Assembly (NCBI GenBank): GCA_976226885.1
Contig: OZ320313.1
Span: forward strand, 119,102,001-119,166,000
Direction of reading: 5' to 3'
DNA: 64,000 nt
Source: Iphione sp. A-MEVVRFRX5
Lineage: Eukaryota
A model generated the notes under the pieces. It saw nothing but the letters and a program-made list of their open reading frames with translations. It was not told where the DNA came from and did no database searches. Of the stretch, positions 12,955 to 26,341 are shown one piece after another. How positions within the stretch are numbered: position 1 is the first letter of the stretch; each line of letters begins with the position of its first letter. The position numbers and the translations under genes were made by a program.

Positions 12955-14508
12955 CTAAATGGCCACTGTGATTCCCCTACATAAAAAGGGTTCATTACCT
13001 GACCCGAATAACTATAGACCCATTCGCTCCTGTCAACATTCACAAAAATATCAGAAAAACTAGTATATAAACAACTATACAGTTATCTGGAAGAGAACGC
13101 ACTTCTAACACAAGTACAATTTGGATTCAGAGAAGAATAAGGCACTCACTCAGCAATCCTAAAAGTTCTAGTAGAGCAGTATCTCTCATTAAATGAGGAC
13201 CTGACAGCTGGATTTGTATTTGTAGACCTCAAAAAGGCTTTTGATACTCTAAATCACCAAACACTAATTACTAACCTAAAAACTGAATTTTACTTTTCTG
13301 ACGGTACCCTACAATGGTTTGAAAACTACCTAGGAAACAGGAGCCAACAAGTCTATTGTAACAACATTACCTCTGTATCGCTACACATCAAATGTGGAGT
13401 GCCCCAAGGATTCACTCTTGGGCCTCTGCTCTTCTCCTTATACATAAATAGCATTAATAGGTTTATCAGTGAGCCTGTAGTACTATTTGCCGATGATACA
13501 GTCGTCTACACCAAGAGTGAATCACCTGAAGACCTCAGCAACAAACTTAACAATATCTGTCACCAACTGGAAATCTGGAGCAAATATCATCAAATACTAA
13601 TAAATACTGGCAAGTACAACATTATGATAATAGACAGGAACACTGTGAACACATGCGATTTTACAGTGATGCTTCACAATGATCCTCTTGAGATAGTTAA
13701 AACCTACAAATACCTGGGGGTAACAATTGACAACAAATTAAAATTTGAAATTGAATCAGATCCACGCTGTCAGAAGATTACATCCAGAATCTACCTCCTC
13801 AACAAAATAAAATGGAACATCACACAGGAAATAGCCGTTATAGTATATAAGTCGATGATCCAACCACTAATTGACTACAGCACTATATCTATCTCACTAC
13901 CTGCATAGATAATACTCTTAAGAAGATCCAAACAATACAGAATAGATCATTAAGGATCATATGCAGGATTAAACACAATAATCACCTGAAAACATGAAAT
14001 TCAGAATGATATCCTTCACCATAGTCTTGGCATCCAGAGCATCTACGTCAGGAGAACAGAATTTATGCTTGAAGCAATGTTCAGAGCTATCAAAATAGGA
14101 ATACTGCCACTGAGACATGACTCCTCATCACGAAATGCTGATGGACCCTTATTGAAACAAACGAGACGCAAGCTAAACATATACAAAAACAGTATAATAT
14201 ATAAAGGCGCTGACCTCTGTAATAGAATTGACCCCATTTATGGAAATATTGACAATTCAATGGACATCAATATTGGTGCAAAAATCCTTGCCATCACTCT
14301 CAGTAATATAAAGAATACTACTTAAAAGACACTTCAATACTTATAAGCTATTCTAGCATGATTTAGATGCATTAAACTATCCTCATCTCATCTCATTCTC
14401 ACCTGTCCTTGCCATATAACTGATCGGGCAATGTACAGTAAGCTGAATTCCACATTATGAAATTCATCCGTTAGGATGATTACTTGGAATTAATAAAATT
14501 ATTATTAT
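12955..14508 (+). mobile_element. 5'-truncated CR1/L2-group non-LTR retrotransposon (RT domain, disabled)
   Basis: Translates ATVIPLHKKG..DPNNYRPI, QFGFR, VDLKKAFDTLNH, GVPQGFTLGPLLFSLYIN, LFADDT, YKYLGVTIDNKLKF and YKSMIQPLIDY. It has a frameshift near 13025 and a stop near 13138. The 3' end reads AATAAAATTATTATTAT. Confidence 0.92.
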
Positions 14509-16269
14509 ACCAATGATCAATACCCATATGACACTAAAAGTAGCGAAGTGCAGCTTTGAGACACAAATAGTTAAGTAAATATACTTTTAGATTATTTTAT
14601 GTAACTGTTAAAAGTATGATTACTGATAAATTCAACTTCGACTTCTCCTAAAGTAATGAAACACTATGCGGAGCCCACCAACCCAAAATGTTTGGTCAGT
14701 CTTTTCTTGTGTCACATGGCCCACATATTCTCTTAGCGCTGATTTTTTAAGTATCAAGTCGAGACTCTTGGGCGAAGAACATATAAACATATAAGGAATA
14801 GTTTACCAGAGAAGCACCTACTTTACATGTGTATTGTATCAGCTCTAGGAACTGATTTACAATGTCAGAATATCACTAGTCATGGTGCTAAATTTACTTA
14901 CTCCACCTGTTCGTTTGAACACAGTTAGAAGGGCAGATGATAGCTAGGCATAGTGGGTGCTGTTCGTCAGCTACCAAGGCGTCCAGGTGTTAAGCAAAAG
15001 AAAATGCAGCAGACTTAAGGTGTCCTTCAAGCTCCAATGCAGGTGCATGGTGATCCTCATCCAGGGCCACCCGCGGACATGTCTTCTTTCGATTTCGGGC
15101 CACAGGTTTTTGTTCAGTGAACAGAGCAGCCGCTCTGAGCCAAGCAACTTACTCTGCCATGAACACAGACGCCCAGCGAAAAGGAAGCTGTCAAAGTGTA
15201 CCATACGTTATGTTTACCGTCTTTAATAAAGAAGGAGATTTCTGTGGAGCTCTCAACATGTATTGTTCAAAACATTATATGCTTCCATTTTCACTCTTAC
15301 CGCATATAAGTACATGTGCACGACGGTTCGAGGATGCATGACGTAGAGATAGAATTCAAGTACCAAGACATCCAGTCTGACGCCAACCCTGGTCAAAAAA
15401 TCTCCCCAACCACTGGCACGATGGAAGGGTCAAAAATAGCAGCAATAAACTGATCTTCCTAAAGTCAGACATAATAATTCATGGTAACAGACATGTTCTA
15501 TATAGTACTGGTAAAAATACTGTACGTATACGTCACTAGTTTAAATAAGGTATTAAAAATACATGGGCCAGAAAATTGCAAAAATTGGCAAGGGTACTTA
15601 AATTCTACATCCAGCTCAAGCAACGAAACTATCTGCATCCGTGTTCTCTTTATGATACAGTTGCAGAGATGACGTATTGGATATTTGTTATTCAAGAATA
15701 AGTAATATTCTTTGAATGTTTACAGACGTGTAACATTGATATTCCCTCACATGAAGCCATTGCCAGGTTGGGCATAAATGTAAACGTCTTCCAACATTTC
15801 TTCCCACGAAATCTATCTACCTTTGGCTGATAAATGGTCTACCCCAGAAGGATATGGAAGAACCCTGTCATATAATAGGTGAATATCTAGTTCCTTGTAG
15901 AATATACAATTAAATGAAAATGAAATAAAGAAAACAAAATTGACAGAAGTCCGGACAATGGTTCGGTCCATACGAAATGTACATCCGGCTTCATATTAAA
16001 GACCGCCTTTAGCGTGATTGTTATTATCGATGTGGTGCGAAATTAATAGTGTGAGATGCAGCCGATCGCTATGAGCGCCTCGACGAGAGCATCAATATCT
16101 GCTCTTTTTAATTCAGACCAGCAATGCGTTATTCATCGGGCGATACACTCTGACCGAGATCTGCTCATGATGTAGCTCCGTTTTCAATAAACTAGCTAGA
16201 AGTGACAAATTGAGTACCTGCAATCTGTCTCTGCTGCATCTCATTGCGGCATTCAGAGTTAAATCCGTC

Positions 16270-16333
16270 TTATTGAACAGGATAATGGGATCGAAAAGAG
16301 ATTATTGAACAGGATAACAGAATCGAAAGGACG
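16270..16333 (+). repeat. 32-bp tandem duplication
   Basis: TTATTGAACAGGATAA..G.ATCGAAA occurs twice. Confidence 0.8.
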
Positions 16334-19300
16334 TTGCGCTATAGAACCTTCATGCATCGTGATCGGACGGATCTAACATCCTATATCCTCTTGGAACAAC
16401 TGGTGGAATAGTCACGAACGAAGGCAATAATGGGTATTCATTTATACAATAGCCAGGTCAATCGCGCCAGCATAATCCTTGTATAGAGACAATTATTTAA
16501 TGTTATGTTCGTCCTTTGTTGCGACCTATAATTAAAACAAATCACTGCCCTATCTTGCTTACATTTATTTGTCCTGTGGTTTCTTTTTAATTTCAAGAGC
16601 CAGGATATATTATAATTATGAAGGTGGATTGTTGTCCTGTAAAAAAAACAAACAATGGTACCTTACATTTAAAAACATCTATATTTAATATCTTGCACAG
16701 TTATATGTGCTCTGTTCCTCGTATCAGTGATTTTACATTTGGTAAAATATTATTGCTGCTCTTTGGGTGTGAATGGTAGGTAAAATACATATATACTGTG
16801 GTATCTCTATCACATGTTAGTGTACTTTAATTAAATGGATTCATCTAGCTATCAGCTGGAGATCCCTCGTGCCACTATCATAAGATGACGGTGAAAAGCA
16901 CTCAACACACCTATAACAAAAAGAATTATTTGCTGTTTCCTCAATAGACGATATCTATTATTTGTCATTATCGACGCTACGATGGCTCTTGAAGCTCTAA
17001 ATCAAATCTCGATAGGAAAGGTTCAACGAACAGTTGAACATACCTCCTCTTTTGAGTGTAATGTAGCCAGTTGCTTGCCCTGCATGCTAATTTGATTTTT
17101 TGTCGACAATTCGTGACCATGTGGCAATCACCGTCCAGTGATGCAATTGGATTATTTAATAACTGCTTTGCACCAATGGTTTTAGAGTCAGCAAAAATGG
17201 ACTTGGGCGAGGGTAAGCAGTGTTTCCGAGTGGGACTGTGAGGTGTCAATGTCCCATAATTGTAATGATTTCTTCGTGTAAGTGGCTTGAAAAATGACGC
17301 TACATGGCGGCTGTGCTATTGTTTGTACTTTTTAAATAGCGCACACGACCCGTGTCTGGCGCGTGTCTGGCTCGAGTCCGTATCGATTTACAATCATGCT
17401 AAGATATACGTTTGTATAAATTCTTCATCCATCAAACATGCTGCAGGACTGCCAGTCTGCGTGTTTTGTGTTTTGTGTTGTTTCATACTGCCATAGTTCT
17501 ATGTGGAAAGGTAAATTTTACTTTTATTAACACCTATACATGTATGTTTCCTCACATATATCATCACATACCTCAAAAGGCCCTTCTGACATACGTGATT
17601 CATTATGTCGTTATACTGTACTCAACACCAAGGTTGGTTGTAATGGCAATGACTTCATTTGAAGTGTATTTTTAAATATGCCCTCACCATCGACTTTCGT
17701 ACAAAGCCCTTACCTTCGCATGGAGCTGCAATGACGATGAGGGCTGCCAAGGGCGAAACTGGCTTGTTTTGCGAAAAACTGTAGGCTGATGATATCGGCC
17801 GACCGGCAGGTGCCGATTAGATGTGGGTACAATCCTTGGCAAGGCGATGGACGGAGGGAATGCTTTACTTATCACTTCGAAAGTCAAATGTTTTTCCCCA
17901 GTGCTAGAGATCTCTGATGGTACTGGCTGTTGTTTTCTGCTTGTTCAAGCGAGTGATGCCCTGACGAGACAGTCGGCGAACGTGCTGCTGTTTATGGGAA
18001 CCGAACGCCTTAATGTCTTCGGCAGTCTTGGCACTGTCTACGACTTGGTGTCCTCCTCAGGGCGTCTAGACTGCCTTGACGTCGGCTCAAGTCCCCCCCT
18101 TTGCTGTCGCAGCACGCAGCGCCGACACAACGAGCTGTTGTGTGAGGATCGGCCGCCGGCGCGCCACGTTTTGTACGACAAGACTTCGGCCCTCCGTGCG
18201 CAGCCACCACTGCGCAATAACCAGAGACCAACTGCTGCCATATACCGAGCCGGCGACTGTCCCTGCAGGCAGCAGCTGCTGCAGGATGGGCGCGAGGAGA
18301 AGAACGTGACCTGGCCGCCGAGGTGCCGGACACATAGACATTTACTGTACATAATAGCACTCGCGTATTGCGAGTGGCAAACTGTTTGTCTATTCTAGCA
18401 CGCCGACTTATCGACCCATTCCATCTCGTGGTCAGATGCTGCCTTGCACTGACATGTCGCGATGTTTGAGGAATACGGCGGTGTTGCCTGTGTCAGGGCC
18501 GCGGTGACACAAACGAATGCTTATGATGTCTTCGGTTCTCGGGATGTGCCAGAGAATAGAAGTCATTAGGTGATTAAGGCAGGCATTCGAATTATGGTGC
18601 CAGTTAAACACTCCTAAAGTCTGTTAACCTATTGGTCTAGATTTGGCGCGTTGTTTTCAAGAACAGGTACGAAGATAAGTAGCTAGACTGCTTTTACTCA
18701 TAAGTGTGCACCTATATTTTGGAATTTGGTAATGTTCTCATATTCTATTCCGGTCGTGTTCTAGAAAGTAAAGCAGAAAGAAGTATATATGATTAAATCA
18801 AATAGAGTATCAAGTTAAAGCAAATTATATGTTCTATTGTACGTTTTTACGATGTCGCACTCGTGGCCCATTATTTCAAGAAGGTAATTAGATAATCTAG
18901 TCATAATTAGTGCCTTTAATACGTCTGAATGCCAGGATAACAGTTTACAAAGACATGCTGGGAGGTCAGGCAGAACTACACTGTGGTATATGATTGTACA
19001 TCTCTCAGTGATAGTCACAATCAAAACTACGACTGATAATAGTGTTGCGCAACTTGGTATAGTAAACAAATTGCTTTTTATGGAGGCGAGACTTCATTGT
19101 TCAATCATATTGGTTCTTTGGTGAAACATAGGCATGTTTGTGCAAAGTACATGTTTGTGTGTTATTACACAAGTGTCTATGTATCGACGCAAGCATTACG
19201 CCTTGGGGGTTAAATTCAGTTCCAAAAATGTGAACGGTTCAATCAGCTCTCTACTTGAATCTGAGCGTCAACAGAGTTCTACCTAATTCGGACATTTTGG

Positions 19301-20125
19301 AGAACGCCGCATTAATTGACCTTTGAATCCAGACAAACGCGGAAGAAGTGTAGAGTAATTGATTTTCATGATCATCTCTTTTTCATTATTTGTCAACACA
19401 TGTTGCCAATACAACAATTATGTTGTCATTAGGAAGGCCAAATCGGATGTCTAGTTGGCAAATGTGAGTCTGATCACTTAGGTTCATAGATAAGGGACGA
19501 AAATTGCATGATTAAAGGACTATATAAGCCGCTGGCATTTGTATTTAGACTTTTGCTTATAAAGTCCTTTTTTTCAACTTGACAGGTCAAACCCATTCAT
19601 TATAGCTGTATTGCTTCAACTTTAGTGAAACCATCTTGTCGCTGTGTTGTGTTTCCCTGCACCAAAGTTTCAACGCCTCCTTTATACATGCATTGAGCTA
19701 TCGGCATGTTCTTTAAGATATACAGTAGAATGTTCCGCATAAGAACACCTTTGGTTCTGTCCAAAATTGTCCCTAATTGATGTTTGTCCCGATTAGTGAC
19801 TTCTCTAAGTATATGCCAAATACAATCTGTTCTTCCCATGAGACTCCCTACTGGAGACACGGCCCGAATGAGGCTTTAAGCCTTATCTTCACAGAGGACA
19901 TTACTCAATCTCAATCCCATGAGCATTAACTGCACTTGCATTCACGTTCCAAAGACACGGGAATATTTCAAGACGCCGTGCAAGTCTAACCAAAAGGAGG
20001 AGACTTCTTCTCGCAAATGGAGGTTGATCATTCATCAAGCGACGCCAGTCCGCCAATCGGCGCCCCATCATCCTGCAGACAAGCCCCGGCCGCCACTACG
20101 CTACTAACCCTTGGTTTCCCGAGAA

Positions 20126-20192
20126 CCGCCGCCACCGCCGCCATTGCTTCTGCTGCTGCCGCTGCTGCTGATGCTGCTGCTGTTGATGCTGC
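20126..20192 (+). repeat. Imperfect (GCC)/(GCT) trinucleotide repeat
   Basis: CCGCCGCCACCGCCGCCATTGCTTCTGCTGCTGCCGCTGCTGCTGATGCTGCTGCTG. Confidence 0.85.
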
Positions 20193-21476
20193 AGAGTTGC
20201 TACATTAACCCATGCCGGACTGCGCGAATAGTTTAACATGCGATACACGCAGTGAAAACGAGATACAGGAAGCGGGGGGGGGGGGGGGTTGTATTGAAGC
20301 AAAATTGGAGCTATTGTCAACACTTGGCGCGTCAAAATATGTCAGTGTAGTGCATAATTAATTTACATAAATAAATTGTCTCTCAACTGTAAGACCTGGC
20401 ACGAACCACAACCTCTTAGACAACCTACGATTTACTCGCGCAATGCTGTAATTTAATCAAATTCTGCCTTGTTATTAAATTTAGTTATAGTTATGAACAT
20501 ATAGAGACTAGGTCAGTTAAGTAATAGACATAAATATGTGCGTATAAAACTTCAGCTCAAAATCGAAAACTGAGCTGTACGGTCTGGATAAGTCTATGGT
20601 CATCCAATCAATGGATTTGGCATACATGTATATGTATATGTTTAACTACCAATGTGATTATACGTATGTATTTCGATATATGTGCATATTTTGACCGCTG
20701 TGAAGTAGCCATTCTATTTCGGTGAGTCCAGCCAAATGCGACTGCATTATACTTGTGTATGTGTAAAATAAAACGGGTTTTCTCTTTCGCATCCATCTGA
20801 TATTGGGTCTGATGACACAAGTCTGGAAACCGAAAGTGGAAGTGGAAGAGCGAGACAGAGCGATGGAATTTCCCCATTTTCCTTAATCATTTTCGAGCAA
20901 CTTCTCCGCCATATGTACTTATGCCTGTTTGCTACGCAAGGGTAATATGTATCTTGCCACAATCTACCAGGCCTTTGATCTGAATCTACACAAATCGGGT
21001 CGTTTGCCGTCCAACAAGGCGGACTGATTACTCTTTACAGCCCCTTCTCTTCCCTTATCCTGAAAGATGCTGTATGGGAAGGTCCTTGAATTTGTCATTC
21101 GGTTGCCTTGAAAATAATTTTCTTTAGAAATGAGAAGCTTATAGAGATAACATCAGGCTCATGCCATAGCTAAGCAAGCGGGTAAAGCCCAGCTCAATAC
21201 TATTACACAGGTTGTCTGGATGTACAAGCTACCATAGTCTGGTTCCCCACCACATACCGCCGTGGTTTATATGGATTATCTATAATGAATCTAAATACGA
21301 TTAGCCGATGCAATGTCCACATATATAAGCAATTATTGCTGGATTAAAGCAGTTATTTTTTCATCAAACTCTTTGTCTTCCTAGGAGGAACTTTCAATCC
21401 CACTAGGGAAGCCCTTCATAAGGTCAATAGTATTATTTCTTACATTCATTTCAATGCATATCGTTTTTCCTAGGTA

Positions 21477-21996
21477 CAGTAAAACCTCACTATAACGACA
21501 CTTCATGGTACCAAGTGTTTATGCCTGTTATAGTGAGGTGATGTTGTACTGAAGGGTTTGAGGGTGACAGGTCTAAGGGTGACAGGTGGGCAGCCAAGGC
21601 TGGAGGGGAGGCCTGGTGAGGTGTGGAGACATCTAAGGGCGACAGTAGGGCAACCAAGGTAGGAGGGAGCATTTGAGGAGGTGTGGGGACGTCTGAGGGT
21701 GACATGAGAGTGGCCGAGGTTGGAGGGGATACTTGACAAGGTGTGGAGACATCTAAGGGCGACAGGTGGGTGGCCAAGACTGGAGGGAAGCCCTGGAGAC
21801 ATCTAAGGGTGGAAAGATGTTGTAGCACAATAGGTGTTGTTAGGTGAGGGTCTCCCTTCCATACCTGATTTTATGCCTGTAATACTGAGGGGTTTGCATA
21901 TAAGAATATAGAAGAAATCAGTCTGTTCCTGATAATTATGCCTGCTATAGTGAGGGTACTGCTATAGTGAGGTGACGTAATACTGAGGTGTTACTG
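21477..21996. mobile_element. pogo/Tigger-like MITE
   Basis: TA|CAGTAAAACCTCACTATAAC ... GTAATACTGAGGTGTTACTG|TA: TIRs match 16/20, with a TA target duplication. Confidence 0.8.
21562..21812 (+). repeat. 60-bp minisatellite, about 4 units
   Basis: GGTGTGGAGACATCTAAGGGCGACAG-type units. GGG anchors fall at 21577, 21637, 21697, 21757 and 21807. Confidence 0.9.
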
Positions 21997-22101
21997 TATA
22001 TGTTATGTAGAAACATGAACACATGAGGTCTGTTATGGAAATGTGTGGTTCTTTACATATTCATTTATGTAACTATTCAGTGAAGAGCAGTATATATTTA
22101 A

Positions 22102-22365
22102 GGGGGGTATGGCTCATTTCTGTGAGTAAATGACAGTTATTTACAGTCATTTTCCCCTTGGACCGAGGTATCGCTGTTAATACTGGAACAATTGTCCATC
22201 ATGTAAGGAATTAAGCTTAAAAACAAATCTACGCTCAGTGGTTACAGCACTTGCAATTGTGAGTAGTTTAGAGAAATGGGCCAAGTTGCATGGCGGCACT
22301 GACCGCTCAGTGACCCCTCAGTGGTCGGGAATTGAAGGTTTCCCCGGCAGCAACCGGTACCCACC
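22102..22365. mobile_element. Kolobok-like MITE
   Basis: TTAA|GGGGGGTA ... TACCCACC|TTAG, with short imperfect TIRs. Confidence 0.4.
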
Positions 22366-25300
22366 TTAGTCATGATTAACCATCTGTGGCCTTCTTATTT
22401 TTATAGAATGTCTCTACGTAAAAGGATGCCTAACATTTGAACACGGAAAAGGGAACACGTCCCAATTGAAGTTGTTCTTGAGTCCATTATCAGATGCTAT
22501 ATTTTTAAAGGTTAATGCCATATTTACAGGTAGTAATGGATGTTAAGGGACGCTGAACAATGAATCATAAATGTTACCACGTCTGATACCATGTATTGAC
22601 TCAAAAGTGATGTGAAGATACAAAGATGTGTAACAGAGAAAGATTGGAGGTAATGAAGATATTGCTGATATATTTTATGTTGTTTTCTTTGTTTTCTTTT
22701 ATCAATATTTTCCTAGCATTTGAAAAACGAGCAACAGTACCAGATTGATGCTTTATTTCAAGCCATTAATAATCATATGATCGGGCTAATAAATTACTTC
22801 ATAATATCATACTGAGAATGACCTTTACAGACCTGTGTTCATGGCCATTCGAGTGGTGATCAGGGGTATCATTACTATTCGCGTCACCCTCTCTTAGTGA
22901 CACAACACCCCTCCCACTACAAGCGTTTCAGGTCATCCTCCAGCATACTGCCGAGTGAGACAGTGTGGCGAGGCAGGTGCCCCCGGGCAATGACAGACGA
23001 AAGGCATTGACTCTGGGGTCCACTTCCGCCGAGGCCATGCAGATGATCGAAAGGAGACAATACATCAGGTTCTCCCGAGAGAAATATTGCTGACTCAGCT
23101 GAAATTAGGGATGCAATCAATTGCTTTTAGGAATATTGCTGTTGTAAATCAATATTTAAAACATTCAGCCTCTGTCGTCACTCTTAATATTAGCCATCTG
23201 ATATGACTTCTTCATTAATGTGTCTGAACTTGCTCAACAAAGTTTAAGAATTGACTTTCACCCCTGGCCCAACCCACAACAGTTTTTCCACATTTTCAGT
23301 TCGATATTTAAATGTGATTGTTAGTCTTTTAGAGATGAAGTACGTAGCTAAAATTATATGCGATTCATCAAGATGTTATCAACGGATGATTTCCGTCTAA
23401 AAAGATTCTTATTTTAGCAGGGAAGACCAACGTAGGGCATTTCCTCAAACCTGTGTCTATGTGTGTTCCATTCCCTTATTCCACACTATGTTTTTACTTT
23501 TCTTTTATGGCCGATGCACTTGCAACGATAGCGTGAAGGCTCAGTTTGGCATGAGGAACGTTATCACCATGGCATTTACTCGCAGGACAAGCGTTTCGAA
23601 CTATTAAACCTTCACCCTAGACCTTTGTACTTGGCAAAAAGGCGGGTACGTTACCAGGAGGGGGAGCGGGCCGGCGCTGGCAGGTGGTGGTTAGGGGTGT
23701 TTAGCTGATATATTGGCGGGATGGGAAGTGGTTACAGATCCGAAGTAATAAGGAACAGTAGCATGTAAGAAGCTTTGGGTAATATTTGTGAGTGCTGAGC
23801 ATTGATATTTTGAGAACAGACAGAAATGTAAGGTACTGACTAAGAAAAAAGGGATTGGGTATACATTGTAGTTTGTAAGCGCATTGCGTGACCAGGTATC
23901 TGTGAAACGGGAGACGACGCTTGGAGGTCACATATTTCCCCAAAGGGTGACGAGGGTGTTCTTTTTAATTCCTAACTAACTGCGTGAAGATTCATTGCAG
24001 ATTATTAGTTTGAATATTTGCAGGGACACGACATTGTAAAAACGCGGAAAGATATATGCCCAGATAAAGTGAAAGTACCCAAATGTCGTTGGTAGCTATT
24101 CAATACCTGCATCGTTGTCTATGTTGGTGAGGCCATTTCTTTACAGTTAGTGACCTATATGATATTAAGATGTGACTGATGCGGGAGAGACATGTCCTTA
24201 ATGAACCAGAGTTTTTTGTGTGTCATTATTAAACATTTAGATCAGTTATTGTCCAGAATATTTCAGACAGCCAAGCTGCGTCTCCTGGTCTATTTATATA
24301 CATGTATCTCCGATTTGGGCTATATAGTGTTTACTGAGATGAGTGGTCGATGTTCGATTAGAAACGCTCTACAATACCTCGAGTTCATTACGGATATGAC
24401 ATTAGATATCCATAAACTACACTCACATATACATGCAAAATGAACTGTAGTATCTGGTCAGTTAACAATACAAATACATTTCCTCTGCCTAAATGTATTT
24501 GAGACTTCAATAAACATATTACAACTTATTAAGGGTAAACCAGAGGCATATTCACCCAGCCAGCTAGCAATTCGCGGCCCTTGTTCAAGAAAGTTACACG
24601 GTATTCATTCAACAATGCATTTATTACCAGGCAAATGTGTGGTACTGTCCCACATATCCGTGCTCTTCCCATATAGCAAGAATGTGTTAGCATACATCTT
24701 ACCTGCCTTGTGGTGTAAGACGTGGATATCTTCAAGAAGCTCAAAAATTTCGATCAATAGAAGATGTTGCACAGTTACCTTGTGATATCTCTTCTGTTAA
24801 TAAAGACCACAATCTATGTAATTTTACTTTTAAATGGTATTACAACAATGGGTTTTGTTGAAGTTAGAGTCAAAACATTTTCTGCATTCCTTCTAGGACT
24901 TCTGGTAAAATAGATAGCTAGTTTAGTGTACAATGTCTCTAATATCCATCTTTGTCTTTTCCAACTGATATCAAATAGTTGAATACAAGACTGTGATAAC
25001 CAATTATAGTAGAACTTTCTTTTTGCTTTGAAACATATTAACAGAGATTCGAAACATATTAGCAGAGTTTAATGAGCCGATCGCCAGCAGTTGAAGTAAT
25101 GCTTACGGCAGACGTAATTTTTACAAATTAATATGTCATGACATGAATTGACCAACCAAATGGTTCAAAATTGCGACAGTGTCACACTCATGTAAAAATT
25201 ACATCCATGCTACCCGCTACTTCACCGTTCAGCAATCAGCCCATTGTGACCCGTTCCACCAAAATGATTTCGAAGTCAGAAAATATCAAATTTGAGTTAC

Positions 25301-25971
25301 ACGTTTCTTTGAAAAATTCTATTTCTTACCTTTCTAACTAGGTATGTCTTCCTAGCATAATTAGACAAAATTTGGTGATGTGACAAAGTTATGTAGTAAT
25401 GTTGTAAACCACAAATGAGAAAGCTGAGATATTGGCCTTTGAAGTTTTGGTAGTGCATTCTACCGGAGTCTTTCAGAATAACCTTAGCAACCAATATTTC
25501 TTATTTCTCAATCTTCTTGACACTCAACATAGTCTATCTACACTATCTAAGCAACAAAATACCAAGAAATCATTTACTCTGAGACAATATTTTATTCAGG
25601 CCGGCCTCTGAAAATGTGACAAAATCTCACTCTGGAATGGAAACTTAAGCTAGAAAGGCAAGCACAAAGTATCACAGTAGCTCTATCTAGAAGCTTAAAA
25701 GGGGCTGTAAGTTGATTCTGGTCATGAAAAATAGTTAGCCTGTGTAAGTGCTCATGATTGTCTTGGTTTGATTAACAGAATTGTCTTGGAGGTTATAATA
25801 ATAACCCAGCCAACACAGAAACGTTCTAAAAACATTGTAAAACTGTTGTAAAAAACGTTGTTAAAACGTTGCTAATGAAAGTTTGTATAATGTTTTCCTA
25901 ACCAGATAAGAAAACGTTTTAAAAATGTTTTTCAAAAACATTTTTACAACATTTTGAAAAATAGTAGCAGA

Positions 25972-26050
25972 GGTCTGGTCAGGATTCGAACCTACATCAA
26001 TGCAGCTCCCATGATAAGACTTACACTGCTACCCACTGCTCCACAGAGTC
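25972..26050 (-). mobile_element. tRNA-derived SINE-like head (A/B boxes)
   Basis: The reverse strand has A box TGGAGCAGTGG and B box GGTTCGAATCC. There is no canonical cloverleaf. Confidence 0.6.
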
Positions 26051-26059
26051 TTCACATCA

Positions 26060-26341
26060 CTCCAGGTGCTACCTGTATACCTCCTGTCGCTCTAAGACAT
26101 CCTCACACCACTCCAGGTGCTACCTGCATACCTTCTGTCACTCTAAGATGTCCTCACACCACTCCAGGTGCTACCTGTATGCTTGGTCTTCCCTCTGTCG
26201 CTCATAGACGTCCCCACACCTCTCCAGGTGCTACCTGTATACTTAGTCACCCTCCTATCGTTCATAGATGTCCCCACACCACTCTAGGTGCTACCTGTAT
26301 ACTTGGTTGTCCTTCTGTTGCTCTCATAGGTCCCCAGAAGT
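26060..26341 (-). repeat. 51/60-bp minisatellite, 5 units, same family as 21562-21812 but inverted
   Basis: CTCCAGGTGCTACCTG anchors at 26060, 26111, 26162, 26222 and 26282. Confidence 0.9.

Noticed and set aside
14971-15204. Death-fold-like or shared LLC-E-RP peptide linking the 6.8, 11.3, 15.1 and 18.1 kb patches
   Set aside because: No alignable DNA similarity beyond a few bases. Likely over-reading. The CARD-like guess at 56620-56790 was dropped for the same reason.
19640-19720. LNACIKEALKL resembling the cytochrome P450 K-helix
   Set aside because: It lacks the ExxR arginine, is flanked by stops, and no other P450 motif is present.
23560-23640. Penelope-type hammerhead ribozyme on the minus strand (GGGTGAAGG...CGAAACGCTTGTC)
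   Set aside because: The CUGANGA core is not intact. The same applies to the CGAAAC near 54637. No Penelope RT or GIY-YIG ORF is recognisable nearby.
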